Below the pieces are notes generated by a model. It saw only the letters and a program-made list of their open reading frames with translations. It made no database searches and was not told where the DNA came from. A program made the position numbers and the translations under genes. Shown here piece after piece: positions 17,826 to 27,083 of a DNA stretch of 42,493 nucleotides. Each line of letters begins with the position of its first letter. The first letter of the stretch is position 1. This DNA is from a virus (taxonomy: Duplodnaviria; Caudoviricetes), in IMG/VR virus record IMGVR_UViG_3300027819_000460, positions 1 through 42,493 of that record. One strand, 5' to 3'.

Positions 17826-17966
17826 ACGATTGCAATTTATAGCCTCTGCCGAGGGATAGGTGTTATTCGCCCACCTATAGACGTTCCCGGATAAAGCCGT
17901 CCGGGGCGGGAAGCGACTAGCGCTTGTAGGAGCCTGTTTTAGGGCGAAAAACAGACCCCTGAAGGG
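17826..17966 (-). promoter_or_regulatory. Structured 5' leader of the scaffold gene (five hairpins, possible kissing loop)
   Basis: Hairpins at 17930-17958, 17912-17924, 17886-17905, 17856-17878 and 17843-17854; complementary loops UCGCC/GGCGA. Confidence 0.55.
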
Positions 17967-18287
17967 CTACTCAGTTATGAGCTTTGATGCGTTTGTGACC
18001 TTGAACTCCTCGGCCAATGCTGCGAAGCCTTCGCCGTGTACGTCCAATGAAAACGTGCGCTCGGTAGGCTTACCCTCGAAATCGCGGTACTTGACCACGA
18101 TAGGGTCGGTGGCCTTGGCTTTTGGAGGCTTTCCGCCACTTTTCGCAGCATCCTCCGCGTCGCGCTCCTCTTGGGTGAGCGCTGCTCGGCGGTCTGCCTC
18201 AGCTTTTTCGGCCGCCTCCTTTTCGGCTGCCTTTGCTGCGTCTTTGGCTGCTTTGTCGGCTGCCTTCTCTTCTGCTGTTTTTGCCAT
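17967..18287 (-). CDS. Ala/Lys/Glu-rich hypothetical protein
   Basis: MAKTAEEKAADKAAK... with a compact C-terminal domain. Confidence 0.65.
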   Translation of the reverse strand: MAKTAEEKAADKAAKDAAKAAEKEAAEKAEADRRAALTQEERDAEDAAKSGGKPPKAKATDPIVVKYRDFEGKPTERTFSLDVHGEGFAALAEEFKVTNASKLITE

Positions 18288-18336
18288 AGCTATATGCAAT
18301 TAGGAACTTAATAATCCAATTGGGTCGGATAGCGTG

Positions 18337-18366
18337 ATAGTAGCTGGTGGCTTGGGATTGTAACGC
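18337..18366 (-). promoter_or_regulatory. Repeated late-promoter-like motif, copy 2
   Basis: GCGTTACA-N16-TACTAT, with about 50 nt before the ATG at 18287. Confidence 0.7.
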
Positions 18367-18699
18367 CTACCTGTGTAGCTCCGCCTCAAGCTCACTGCCG
18401 ATTTGCTCCAATTCGGATGCGTAGTCCTTGGCTACCATCTTCAAAAACCACTCTCGGGCATCGATGATGTGCCAGAGGTCTGCTCGGGCTTCGTCGGTCA
18501 ACTTACGTTCGATCGCCAACTTCTTACGGGCATTCACAACGTCCCTGCGACACAGGGCGATGAGCTTCTGGGTCAGAGGGTTCTCGTAGTATTCCTGCTC
18601 TTCCAAGAGGGCAGAGACGCGCTCCTGCTCCTTGTTGATTTGGTCAACATCCTCGGGGAATTGTGCGCGCAGGGCTGCTAGGGTTTCGTGGATATCCAT
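18367..18699 (-). CDS. Hypothetical helical protein after portal
   Basis: TAATG-coupled to the portal stop. Confidence 0.7.
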   Translation of the reverse strand: MDIHETLAALRAQFPEDVDQINKEQERVSALLEEQEYYENPLTQKLIALCRRDVVNARKKLAIERKLTDEARADLWHIIDAREWFLKMVAKDYASELEQIGSELEAELHR

Positions 18700-20717
18700 T
18701 ATGGTTGCATGGCTGCGGCGTTATCCATCACTGCGGCAGGACTAGGGACGGCTGGTGCTCCCTCGGATGCTGGTGCTGGGGCGGCGTTGGGGTCTACCGG
18801 AGCTGTGGAAGCGTCAATCTGCGCCTTGCGCACCATGTTCTCTCGGACAATCTCCCCGTGCTGCATCACGAAATCGAGGAGGATGTTGTATTTCTTCATT
18901 CCCAGCGATGAGCGGTTGTTGACCGCAAAGTCGTAGATGATTTGTAGGAAAATGGTGGTGGCACCGTAAAATTCGTCGGGCTGCTTACCATGCTGCACCG
19001 CCTGGATAGCTTCGTGCGCGCGGGCAACTTCGGTCATGTTGCCGTAGTTTTTGGTGTCCATGGCGATGTCGATTGACGCCTCGTCCATCTCGGCACCAGC
19101 TTTGAGCTTCTCAGCCACAAGCCAGCGTGGATTGACCTGGGCTAACTCCACCGGATTGGCCGATATGCTGGTGAGGGTCTCCATTTTGGCCTTCTTCTTG
19201 AGACTAGAATTGCGCATGTCCAGCGACGACGACACCACACGCACGTCCACGTCAGCATAGAGGTCAAGGTCAGTGCGACGGATGACGCGGTCCCAATCCT
19301 CGCCCTCGGCACCCAGCTTACGGAGAGCTTTCTCGGCAGGCATATGGTCTTTCAACCCTTGGATGAACAGCTTACCCACCTCGCCCATAGCTTCGGTGTA
19401 TGGGGAGGAACGCAGCAACAAGCGCTTACTGATGTTCTCCTGCTCGGCAAACACCACGGTCGCTTTTTTGGATACTTCCTGCACGCCGCCCATGGATAGG
19501 TCAGTCACACCAACATCGCGGCCGGCCTCGGCCTGCATCCATTCAATAAGGTTTATAGTGCCTTGCAGTTCTGCGGTCTCAAAGGTGTAGATGCCCTCCC
19601 CAATCTTGCGTGTGCCACCTTTGGTATCAACGGCTACCAGCGCGTCAGGACGGCTCTGTGCCTGGTCCAGTTGGGCAACGTCAGGGAACATCTCACGGTC
19701 ATATGCACGGGCGTTGAAGTTCCGCTTCTCGCGGTTGGTCAGCTCCTGGTTGAAAAGGGTGTGGGTCGCATCCGCCACGCCATACATATCGTCGGCGTAG
19801 CTCTTGGAGAGGAAGTTCTTGTTGTCGTCGTGGGTGGCCCATGAAATCCATGGGTCAATGTCGGCGGAAAATACGTTGCTGAATTTGTCGAAACGCAGCC
19901 AGATACGATACCAGGGTGAAAACAGGATGTAGTAGCGCGTGCCATTCATGATGATGCGCATCTCTACCAGTTTGAAAAGCTGCTCGCCGATGTAGTCGTT
20001 CGCCTCGGGAGATAGGCCCATGGCTTTGAACTTGGCCAGCGCTGTTTTACCCTCCTCGTCACCAAGCAGTGGGTCGAAGTCGGTCTTCGCTGCCCGGTCT
20101 AAGAGTTTCTTGACCTGAGCCTGGTTATAGCCGCCCGTTTTCAGCTCTGAGGCGGAGCGTACGATGTTCTGCCGCCCGTTGTATCGGTGCAGGCCGAGGA
20201 TGCCGCCCCCGGTTGGTTGAAAGATGGCGTCCTCCAGCTCGTATATCTCAAAGCAGTTGCGATATTCAGGGTCGGACACCGCATAGTTCATCATGAAGCC
20301 ACGCCCCGAAAAGAGGGCGTTTGAGCGGTCTTGGCGCGTTTTCAGCGGGAATTTGGCATTAGGAGCCACGGAGGTCGTCTCCATGTCCCACAGCGTGTTG
20401 TATTTACGGACAGAGATATAGTCAGCAGGTTCCTGCTCGTGAAATTCCAATGCCAGGTCGTCGTTGTAGGCGGCCATGAGCGTGTCCATCGCACCGGAGA
20501 ACACTGGGAGTACGACGTTGAAGGGTTGGCGAAACTTCCGCTTAACCTTCCCTGCGTAGAGGTCACGGTAGAGCTGGATACGATCAAGACGAGGCTGTTT
20601 GTAGCGGTTGACGTTGGCCACGATGCGCATGCAGCGCTCCACTGCCTCCTCTGCCAATGCGTTCACACCCGCCGTCTCAGTGGGGGCGGAGTCTAGAATC
20701 TCATCATCTGATTGCAT
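18699..20717 (-). CDS. Portal protein (P22/podovirus-like)
   Basis: About 670 aa between TerL and scaffold; GVTDLSMG...KATVVFAEQE portal-type motif; start refined to the ATG at 20717. Confidence 0.85.
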   Translation of the reverse strand: MQSDDEILDSAPTETAGVNALAEEAVERCMRIVANVNRYKQPRLDRIQLYRDLYAGKVKRKFRQPFNVVLPVFSGAMDTLMAAYNDDLALEFHEQEPADYISVRKYNTLWDMETTSVAPNAKFPLKTRQDRSNALFSGRGFMMNYAVSDPEYRNCFEIYELEDAIFQPTGGGILGLHRYNGRQNIVRSASELKTGGYNQAQVKKLLDRAAKTDFDPLLGDEEGKTALAKFKAMGLSPEANDYIGEQLFKLVEMRIIMNGTRYYILFSPWYRIWLRFDKFSNVFSADIDPWISWATHDDNKNFLSKSYADDMYGVADATHTLFNQELTNREKRNFNARAYDREMFPDVAQLDQAQSRPDALVAVDTKGGTRKIGEGIYTFETAELQGTINLIEWMQAEAGRDVGVTDLSMGGVQEVSKKATVVFAEQENISKRLLLRSSPYTEAMGEVGKLFIQGLKDHMPAEKALRKLGAEGEDWDRVIRRTDLDLYADVDVRVVSSSLDMRNSSLKKKAKMETLTSISANPVELAQVNPRWLVAEKLKAGAEMDEASIDIAMDTKNYGNMTEVARAHEAIQAVQHGKQPDEFYGATTIFLQIIYDFAVNNRSSLGMKKYNILLDFVMQHGEIVRENMVRKAQIDASTAPVDPNAAPAPASEGAPAVPSPAAVMDNAAAMQP

Positions 20718-20719
20718 GG

Positions 20720-20986
20720 TCACAGTGTAGATAGGCGACGTGCTTTGTAACGTAGCTCTCGCACGGCACAGGTGTTGCAGAGACCGTGGCTATGGCGTTT
20801 GACCACTCCCCAAGGAAGCAGGCAGGCACCACATATTTCATGCAGGCGGTCTAAGTTGCACTGCGGACAAAAGACTTCTGCAATCACCACTTCAACACGC
20901 AGACTGCCATTGAGGAATGCCCGCACAGGCAAGCGAACCGGGTATACCCCGTGTATGTCGCATCTCTTATGGCAAAAGCGGAGCAT
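20720..20986 (-). CDS. Zn-finger protein
   Basis: CDIH...CPQC...CGAC...CNTC. Confidence 0.6.
   Translation of the reverse strand: MLRFCHKRCDIHGVYPVRLPVRAFLNGSLRVEVVIAEVFCPQCNLDRLHEICGACLLPWGVVKRHSHGLCNTCAVRELRYKARRLSTL
20724..20753 (-). promoter_or_regulatory. Repeated late-promoter-like motif, copy 3
   Basis: ACGTTACA-N16-TACACT-6nt-ATG(20717). Confidence 0.7.
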
Positions 20987-20997
20987 ATATCAACATT

Positions 20998-21168
20998 CTA
21001 ACCCTCCAATGAGGGAGACTCGTACTTAGGCTGTTGGTAACCGACCAACTGCCTCCATGGGTGCCGACACATCGGGCAGTTGTCGAGGGTAGCCTGTTTG
21101 TAGAACCACCCGCACTTCGGACAGTTATCCCATTCAGCGACGGGCGGATTGTTGGTGTTGTCAATCAT
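20998..21168 (-). CDS. Small Zn-ribbon protein (56 aa, not in ORF track)
   Basis: MIDNTNNPPVAEWDNCPKCGWFYKQATLDNCPMCRHPWRQLVGYQQPKYESPSLEG; ATGA-coupled to the upstream gene. Confidence 0.65.
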   Translation of the reverse strand: MIDNTNNPPVAEWDNCPKCGWFYKQATLDNCPMCRHPWRQLVGYQQPKYESPSLEG

Positions 21169-21407
21169 AGTGGCGGTTTATGGGTGAGATGCCAATAGCG
21201 ACACTTTGGACAACGATATACTCGCAAAAATTCGGAAATGCCGTGTTTGAGTTGCTTCTGCATTACCTCAGTGGCGTCATGCTTCCAATATGACTTCTTG
21301 CCAGTGCATCGGGGAAGTTGAAGGACTTGTGTGGTATGGCGTGGATGCGCCAGCTTCCGCCGCACTTTCTCAAACGTATCCTCCGATATCTGGCGTGGGT
21401 CTTTCAT
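21165..21407 (-). CDS. Small phage Zn-finger protein
   Basis: CTGKKSY...LRVYRCPKCRYWHLT; ATGA-coupled to the TerL stop. Confidence 0.7.
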   Translation of the reverse strand: MKDPRQISEDTFEKVRRKLAHPRHTTQVLQLPRCTGKKSYWKHDATEVMQKQLKHGISEFLRVYRCPKCRYWHLTHKPPL

Positions 21408-23095
21408 AGGCCAGGGGTTTCGTACTCCTGCTGCTTGTAATCGGTTGGAACCACGCGAACCCGCGCGTGCTTGCGCATCGCCCACGCGATCGCACAGGCC
21501 ATCAAGAGGTCAAAGTGCTTGGTAGAGTGCCCTACCCTGCTGCTGCCCATGTCGTCAGCGTCCGTGTAGGTGAAAGAGCGCATCTCCTTGAGGATGCGGA
21601 TGTCGTAGATGACCAGGTGCCCGTCCTCCACGGCGGTCTTGAGGTCGTTGAGGATGGTGTATTTGGTGGCGTGGTTGGTCTCCCAGCCCAGCTCCCCTGT
21701 GCCAGAGGGTTTGTCCGTCAGCCTGTCCAGGGGTATCTGCCGGTAGATGAGGTCCACCGGGTAAATCATTTTCAGCGTGGTCAGGCAGCTCCCGCCGCTC
21801 TCGCTGTTCTTCTCGGGGCCGATGAGGCAGGTGCCGAACAGGTCACCCTCACGCTTTAGCTCGTATGCAAACTGGTCTGCGGGGATCTGATTGTTGATGT
21901 AGCTCCCCACCTGGCGCGCTGGAATGGTTGAAAAATCTATGAGGCAGGATGTGGAATGGTCGCCCCCGTTGCCCTTCCCAGTGTCAGCGCCAATGGCGTA
22001 GGCATGGGAGGGATTGTAGGTGGCCCAGAGCTGGAAATTGGCTTTCTCCTCCGTGGGGTCAGTGCACTGTGCTATCAGGCGGTCGATGGTTGCGCGGTCA
22101 AAGAAAGCGGAACCTGCCGCTGCGGGGTCGAGCATCATTTCCACCTCGTACACCCGCCGGCCGCCGGCATTCATCTCGCGCTTCTTGCTCTCCAGCGACA
22201 CCTTGCGCCTGGCTGGGTCAGGGATGTCCTTGTTGATGACAGCCGCCTCGGCGTCGGTCTTCACGTACTTGTCGGGCCACGAAATGGTGCCATCACGCGC
22301 GACGACGGGGATAAAGCGGACACGCCCGCCAGCGCCCTCCACAGAGCGCCGCAGATACCCCACCACTCCTTCCTCGATGACCAGGTTACCGAGGTTGAGC
22401 GCAGCACCGTGCGTCGCCATTCCGCCCTTCGCCTCGTCTATCAGGGAGATGATTTTCTCGGTGACAGCCGGGGACGCTGCGGTGATCGCGTTCTCCAGGT
22501 CGTCGCGCAGCACAAAGTCAGGCCGATATTGCTGGTAGAGGCGGCCACGCATAGGGGTCAATGCCGTGTGTGCCTCCACCCGAATGCCGTTGGTGGTAAT
22601 GAAATTGGACACCCGCTTGAGCGTCGCCTCGTCCTTGCTGCGCGGTTGGTTGTAGAGGTGGCCAAAGTCCGCAATCAGCAGTTCGTTGGTCTGTAGCTCG
22701 GTCACTACGTCGAACAGGATGCTTTCGGCATTGCTCTTGTCGTAGCTGTCCACGTTGACATACATGCGCTCGCCCCAGTGGGACGTGTCCTCGCCCTTCT
22801 CCTTGAGTTGGTCGATAACCTGCTTGCGGGCGATGATCCAAGCCAGTGCAATCTTGGCGTGGGATGTTTTGGTGCTCTCACGGTACGCAATCCATGCAAC
22901 CTCTTTGATATCTCGGCCATACACCAGTTCCTCTACATCCTGGTCAAAGTCCTCATGGAAGGGTGCGGACTTGAACGTAAAATACTTCAGAAAATAATAG
23001 TATTTGAACAGCGTGAAAGAGCGTGCACAGGCATACATCCGCTCGTCGCGGGTGCCGTTAAGCAGTAGGTTGATTTTCTCTTTGGTGAGTTTCAT
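21404..23095 (-). CDS. terL: Terminase large subunit
   Basis: Variant Walker A YRESTKTS, MRGR...RPDFVLRDDLE Walker B, RNase H-like IGADTGKGNGGDHS...EKN...HFDLLMACAIA. Confidence 0.92.
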   Translation of the reverse strand: MKLTKEKINLLLNGTRDERMYACARSFTLFKYYYFLKYFTFKSAPFHEDFDQDVEELVYGRDIKEVAWIAYRESTKTSHAKIALAWIIARKQVIDQLKEKGEDTSHWGERMYVNVDSYDKSNAESILFDVVTELQTNELLIADFGHLYNQPRSKDEATLKRVSNFITTNGIRVEAHTALTPMRGRLYQQYRPDFVLRDDLENAITAASPAVTEKIISLIDEAKGGMATHGAALNLGNLVIEEGVVGYLRRSVEGAGGRVRFIPVVARDGTISWPDKYVKTDAEAAVINKDIPDPARRKVSLESKKREMNAGGRRVYEVEMMLDPAAAGSAFFDRATIDRLIAQCTDPTEEKANFQLWATYNPSHAYAIGADTGKGNGGDHSTSCLIDFSTIPARQVGSYINNQIPADQFAYELKREGDLFGTCLIGPEKNSESGGSCLTTLKMIYPVDLIYRQIPLDRLTDKPSGTGELGWETNHATKYTILNDLKTAVEDGHLVIYDIRILKEMRSFTYTDADDMGSSRVGHSTKHFDLLMACAIAWAMRKHARVRVVPTDYKQQEYETPGL

Positions 23096-23175
23096 TCATA
23101 GAAACGGTCGAACGCCCATGTGATGAAGACGCATATCGGTATGGCGATCAACAGGCCGAGTAGGACGCTCAACAT
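23092..23175 (-). CDS. 27-aa hydrophobic peptide between TerS and TerL
   Basis: MLSVLLGLLIAIPICVFITWAFDRFYE; translationally coupled on both sides. Confidence 0.5.
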   Translation of the reverse strand: MLSVLLGLLIAIPICVFITWAFDRFYE

Positions 23176-23176
23176 A

Positions 23177-23458
23177 TTATTCCTCCAACAACGCATCGAG
23201 CCGTTGCCGGTCTTGGTCTGATAATCCGAGCGATACATCACCTTTGAAATTGATTGCCTGTGTCGCTTTGCCCATGAGTTGCTCCCCGACGAACACCATG
23301 AGGCGGCTATCCTCTTTGTAGTTATCTTGCAGGAACTCGAAGTACTCCGCGATAGCCTTCTTGTCCCAATAGTCAAAGATGGTAGGGCGGTTGGTGCTCC
23401 CCTTTGGTCGTCCCCCTTTCTTCCCGTTCTCACGGGCTATGTGAGCTGGTGCTGCCAT
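23177..23458 (-). CDS. Probable terminase small subunit
   Basis: RENGKKGGRPKGSTN motif, EQLMGKATQ, upstream of TerL. Confidence 0.65.
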   Translation of the reverse strand: MAAPAHIARENGKKGGRPKGSTNRPTIFDYWDKKAIAEYFEFLQDNYKEDSRLMVFVGEQLMGKATQAINFKGDVSLGLSDQDRQRLDALLEE

Positions 23459-23479
23459 CGGTTATAGTTGGTATTTAAC

Positions 23480-23908
23480 CTATTTCGTTATCGTCCTTTC
23501 TAATACCGCGATACGCTCCCGTAGAAACTCTGCTTTTAAGTCTTGGAGTGTGATAGCCTGCTTGGTCTCACTGACACCCTTCTCAAAGCTGAAGATGAGG
23601 TTATCCACCTCTTCCACACGGCCTTTGTTGTGCTTGGCATTGAGAGTTGACCGCTCTGCTTGTAGGTCTGCAAGCTGTGTTGAGATGAGATTGAGCGTCC
23701 CCTCTTGCTGAAAGCGAGCATTGGCGTTTGCCTTCAACATCTCCTGCATATCGGCAATCTGATACTCGGCTGGGTATTCCCCGTTATCCCAGAACACCAC
23801 TACCATGTCGCGGTTAAAATTGACCGGCCCCTCTGGTTTGTGAGTCTTGAGAAACTCGTTAGCTGCTTCTTGTTGGTCAGGGAGTAAAAACGTAGCTACT
23901 TGTATCAT
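23480..23908 (-). CDS. Hypothetical coiled-coil protein
   Basis: Start MIQVATF; TTGACA and TGaTAAGAT promoter elements upstream. Confidence 0.65.
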   Translation of the reverse strand: MIQVATFLLPDQQEAANEFLKTHKPEGPVNFNRDMVVVFWDNGEYPAEYQIADMQEMLKANANARFQQEGTLNLISTQLADLQAERSTLNAKHNKGRVEEVDNLIFSFEKGVSETKQAITLQDLKAEFLRERIAVLERTITK

Positions 23909-23996
23909 GAAATTTATGTGAGCGATTAATACGCCCATCTTATCACAGGAAAGGGGACAAGTGTCAAAATGCGTGTGGATATGCTAGTGTAGGGGC

Positions 23997-24074
23997 ATGA
24001 CAGATATCATACTTGCCTTGGTAGCGGTGTTCTCATTCGGCTATCTCACCGCTTGCTACCGACACAACGTGTAG
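23997..24074 (+). CDS. 25-aa hydrophobic peptide (not in ORF track)
   Basis: MTDIILALVAVFSFGYLTACYRHNV; TAGTGT-6nt-ATG leaderless arrangement. Confidence 0.4.
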   Translation: MTDIILALVAVFSFGYLTACYRHNV

Positions 24075-25403
24075 CTACTTGAGTAGCTGATTAGCACCAA
24101 GAGCTGTAGCTGCTGAGGCTCCGATTGCCGCCGTGACTGGGTTTCGCTGTATCGTTGCTGCTGCTCGTTTGAAGACTGAGCCTTTCTCGCCTTGAGCTTT
24201 TATAAGCAGCTCGTCTTTCGCATGGAAAAGGTTACGCAAAGTCTGAAACTCCGCTTTGACGTTGGTATTCTTGGCATATTTGGTCATAAGATCGTTGAGC
24301 GCATCACGTCCCGCGCGGTGCACTTCATCCAATGCAGCTACCTTGTCTGAATCGTAGGCAAGCCTCCCTCGGGCATTCTCGTAGGCCGCATCCATCGCTT
24401 TCCGAACATCCCATATGCCCTTCGGGGTACCGTTTGCTTTGCCCGCTGCGTTCTCTACCACTCGTAGATACTGTGTAACTGAGGGGTCAGACCCTTGCAG
24501 TAGCAGGCTCTCATCCGCTTTGGACGTAACAGCACCGCGCACCGTCGAGACAATCTCCTTCTTGGGCACGATGGTCTTCTCAGACACGAGGGATTTCTCG
24601 AAGGCCTGGGCTTTTGAGGTGATAGCACTGCGAACCGTGTTGAAATTCTTTAATGCCGTGGCCTTTGGTTGATAGCCCGGTAGTTTGGTCAACTCTGCCG
24701 CTGCGTCTACCTCCGCTTTGTTGGGCGTCAGTGTCCGGCTCTTGAATATCCCCCCTTCATTGACGCGCGGCGCACCGCCCACAGTTTCACTGATGAGTTT
24801 GCCACGTTGAGTTTTCGTCGCTGCGTTGAAGTCGGGAGTAACTGCCTTTAGCGCCGATTTGGCTGGGTTTCCTGCCTTAAACAATCGCACTCCCTCTCCA
24901 ACGCCACTGAATGCAGCTCCAGCCGCGCCCCCGATTGCCGCATCCCGTGCGATAGTCTTTGCATCCTTGCCACGCGCGGCGGAATTTCCACCTCCAATGA
25001 GTGCAGCGAGGCCCGTGTTGACCGCGAGGCGTCCGATCGCTGTTGGTGCCGTTGCAGCAAGCGACGCTGGCAACGCGACCGCCTGTACGGTATCGCCGAC
25101 GATCCGCTTGAAATTGGCATTGTTCTCATCACCCACTGTTTTCAATTCCTGGCGGGCACCCTGAAAATCGCCTTTGAGGGCCTTCTTTCCGGCTGCATAG
25201 AAGCCATAGGCAGATGTGCCAATCGCCTTACCAAGTTGCGCACCGGGGAAAATCTTGCTTATGCCCGTAGCTGCACGGTCCAGTAGGTCACGCTTCGGAG
25301 CCGCTGCCGGAGCTGCTGCCGCTATTGGCTTCAGCTTCGCCGCATAGCTAGGTGTGCCGCTTGATGCTGGGCTTATGGGTTTGAGTTTATCCTGATATGC
25401 CAT
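24075..25403 (-). CDS. Internal virion/DNA ejection protein
   Basis: Ala/Gly/Lys-rich helical protein with glycine-zipper hydrophobic stretches; follows the other ejection-like gene. Confidence 0.65.
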   Translation of the reverse strand: MAYQDKLKPISPASSGTPSYAAKLKPIAAAAPAAAPKRDLLDRAATGISKIFPGAQLGKAIGTSAYGFYAAGKKALKGDFQGARQELKTVGDENNANFKRIVGDTVQAVALPASLAATAPTAIGRLAVNTGLAALIGGGNSAARGKDAKTIARDAAIGGAAGAAFSGVGEGVRLFKAGNPAKSALKAVTPDFNAATKTQRGKLISETVGGAPRVNEGGIFKSRTLTPNKAEVDAAAELTKLPGYQPKATALKNFNTVRSAITSKAQAFEKSLVSEKTIVPKKEIVSTVRGAVTSKADESLLLQGSDPSVTQYLRVVENAAGKANGTPKGIWDVRKAMDAAYENARGRLAYDSDKVAALDEVHRAGRDALNDLMTKYAKNTNVKAEFQTLRNLFHAKDELLIKAQGEKGSVFKRAAATIQRNPVTAAIGASAATALGANQLLK

Positions 25404-25404
25404 G

Positions 25405-27078
25405 CTATTGAGGGGTGTAACCGTCGTTGAGTGCCTGCTGATATTCCTCCGATGTAAGATCGGAAGCATCAACCGGCTCACCACCATTCGGAGGTATCAG
25501 TACCTTACTGCCACCTGGGGCATATGCACCGGATGCAAACTGATTGTCATAGTAGCCCATTGGGTTGACGTAGGCATTGAGGCCCTCGGCAGATTTGCTC
25601 TTGAGCACCTCCTTGACGGATACAAGGCGCTGGCGAAGCTCGGTTGGGAAGTACTTGGTGGAGCCGAAGAGTTGGTTGTATTCGCCATCTTCCTGTGTGC
25701 CCCATGCGGCGCCGGTCACAGAGTTACGATACGGTTGGATAGCTGCCACAAGGTGGCTGTTGATTTGGGCCAGTTTGGGGTCGAAGTCCTTACCGGCCTG
25801 GTTGAAGACATACTGCGCCGCGTTGCTTATCACGCCAGTCTTCACACCGCTGTCGATGAGCGCGATGGCCTTGTCGATTTCGGAAATGCCAACGGCCTGA
25901 TTGGTGAAGTCACGCTTAAACTCCGCCGGTTGGCCTTTGAGCACCTGGGCGGCAATGAGGTTGATTTTATCCGCGTCGTTGCGGGCCTTGCTTATCTGGT
26001 TTTGGAAAGTCGCCTGCCCGAACTTGGTCGGTATCGTCGAAAGGGTAGAGCCGATGATGGCATCCAGGTCACTGCCATATGCACTGCCACCTCCGGCTGC
26101 TCCACCAGATTTCTGGCCGTTTATCGTTCTGATTTTGCTCACATCTCCGTCCCAGTTATCGGGAATGGCAACCAGGTTATCCCCTAGCTTTTGGAAATTC
26201 GAATAGGTAGGTGGCAGGTCTACCGGCAAGGTGAGGGCCTCGTAGCTGACTTTGCCCGTGATTGGATTGGAGTATGCCTGAACGAACTTATCCCCAATGC
26301 GGGTTGGGGTGCCGACAATCTGCTCCTTGGGCCGGTTGATGACGAACATGGCACGCAACGCCTCCTCAGACCCTCCAACGGCGTCCAGGGCGTGAGCGTA
26401 GACCTCTTGGTTCTTGGGGTCGGTGGAGAACTTATCAAAATCCACCAGACCGCCAGCGGCCAACAGTTTGAGATTTTCCGTGGCACGGGTCTGTGTCTCC
26501 TTCCGACGCGCCACGATAGCTTCCGCACTGCGGGTAGCGTCCTCTCGCTGGGATATTGCTTCTTCTCGGGCAGACTTGGATATGTCATTGAAAATAGCTT
26601 GCGTTTTAGCAGCACGTTCCGCGTTTATGGCGTTAATCTCCTTCTGATTGGCTGCGGTCACGTTGTTGGTCGTTCGCACAGCCTCGGTAGAACCCATGAG
26701 GCCAGAGAGCACGTTGACCGAATTGTTGCGGTCGAGCCGCTCTTGGCCACGTTGGCGTGCTTCCACCAACTGCGTGTCATAGACTTCATTGTTTGCATCG
26801 ATGAGGCCCTGGGCACTGCGGCGCTTTTCCTCAGCTATCTGTGCTTCGGTTTGCGGAGCTTTGAAGGTGTCCAGATATGCCGTAGCTGGGTCGTTGGATG
26901 GGCTGATGACCGTCCGCTTAATGGGCTGTGTTGGGGTTTCAGCGGTAGGTGGAGCAAAAGCTGCTTGCACCCCTTTGAACGCCGTCTGCTGTTCAGGAGA
27001 CAGGTCAGAAGGCACTGTGCTAAACGCAGTTCCTACACTTGCCGCTGCCTCTGCTTGTGGGTCTTTCTTTGAAGCCAT
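25405..27078 (-). CDS. Internal virion/DNA ejection protein
   Basis: Long coiled coil, SGLMGS motif, C-terminal SVTGAAWGTQE; podovirus synteny after the tail genes. Confidence 0.65.
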   Translation of the reverse strand: MASKKDPQAEAAASVGTAFSTVPSDLSPEQQTAFKGVQAAFAPPTAETPTQPIKRTVISPSNDPATAYLDTFKAPQTEAQIAEEKRRSAQGLIDANNEVYDTQLVEARQRGQERLDRNNSVNVLSGLMGSTEAVRTTNNVTAANQKEINAINAERAAKTQAIFNDISKSAREEAISQREDATRSAEAIVARRKETQTRATENLKLLAAGGLVDFDKFSTDPKNQEVYAHALDAVGGSEEALRAMFVINRPKEQIVGTPTRIGDKFVQAYSNPITGKVSYEALTLPVDLPPTYSNFQKLGDNLVAIPDNWDGDVSKIRTINGQKSGGAAGGGSAYGSDLDAIIGSTLSTIPTKFGQATFQNQISKARNDADKINLIAAQVLKGQPAEFKRDFTNQAVGISEIDKAIALIDSGVKTGVISNAAQYVFNQAGKDFDPKLAQINSHLVAAIQPYRNSVTGAAWGTQEDGEYNQLFGSTKYFPTELRQRLVSVKEVLKSKSAEGLNAYVNPMGYYDNQFASGAYAPGGSKVLIPPNGGEPVDASDLTSEEYQQALNDGYTPQ

Positions 27079-27083
27079 GTGTA

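Noticed and set aside
20967-21164. ORF-track 65-aa protein MTTPTIRPS...
   Set aside because: The alternative frame 20998-21168 has an ATG coupled to the upstream stop and a clear CxxC/CxxC motif
25416-25425. TGTAACCG resembling the repeated promoter motif
   Set aside because: Mismatched core, no -10 element at the 16-nt spacing, and too close to the ATG
25402-27072. Long plus-strand ORFs 25402-26187 and 26191-27072
   Set aside because: Antisense shadows of the ejection-protein gene; no recognisable motifs
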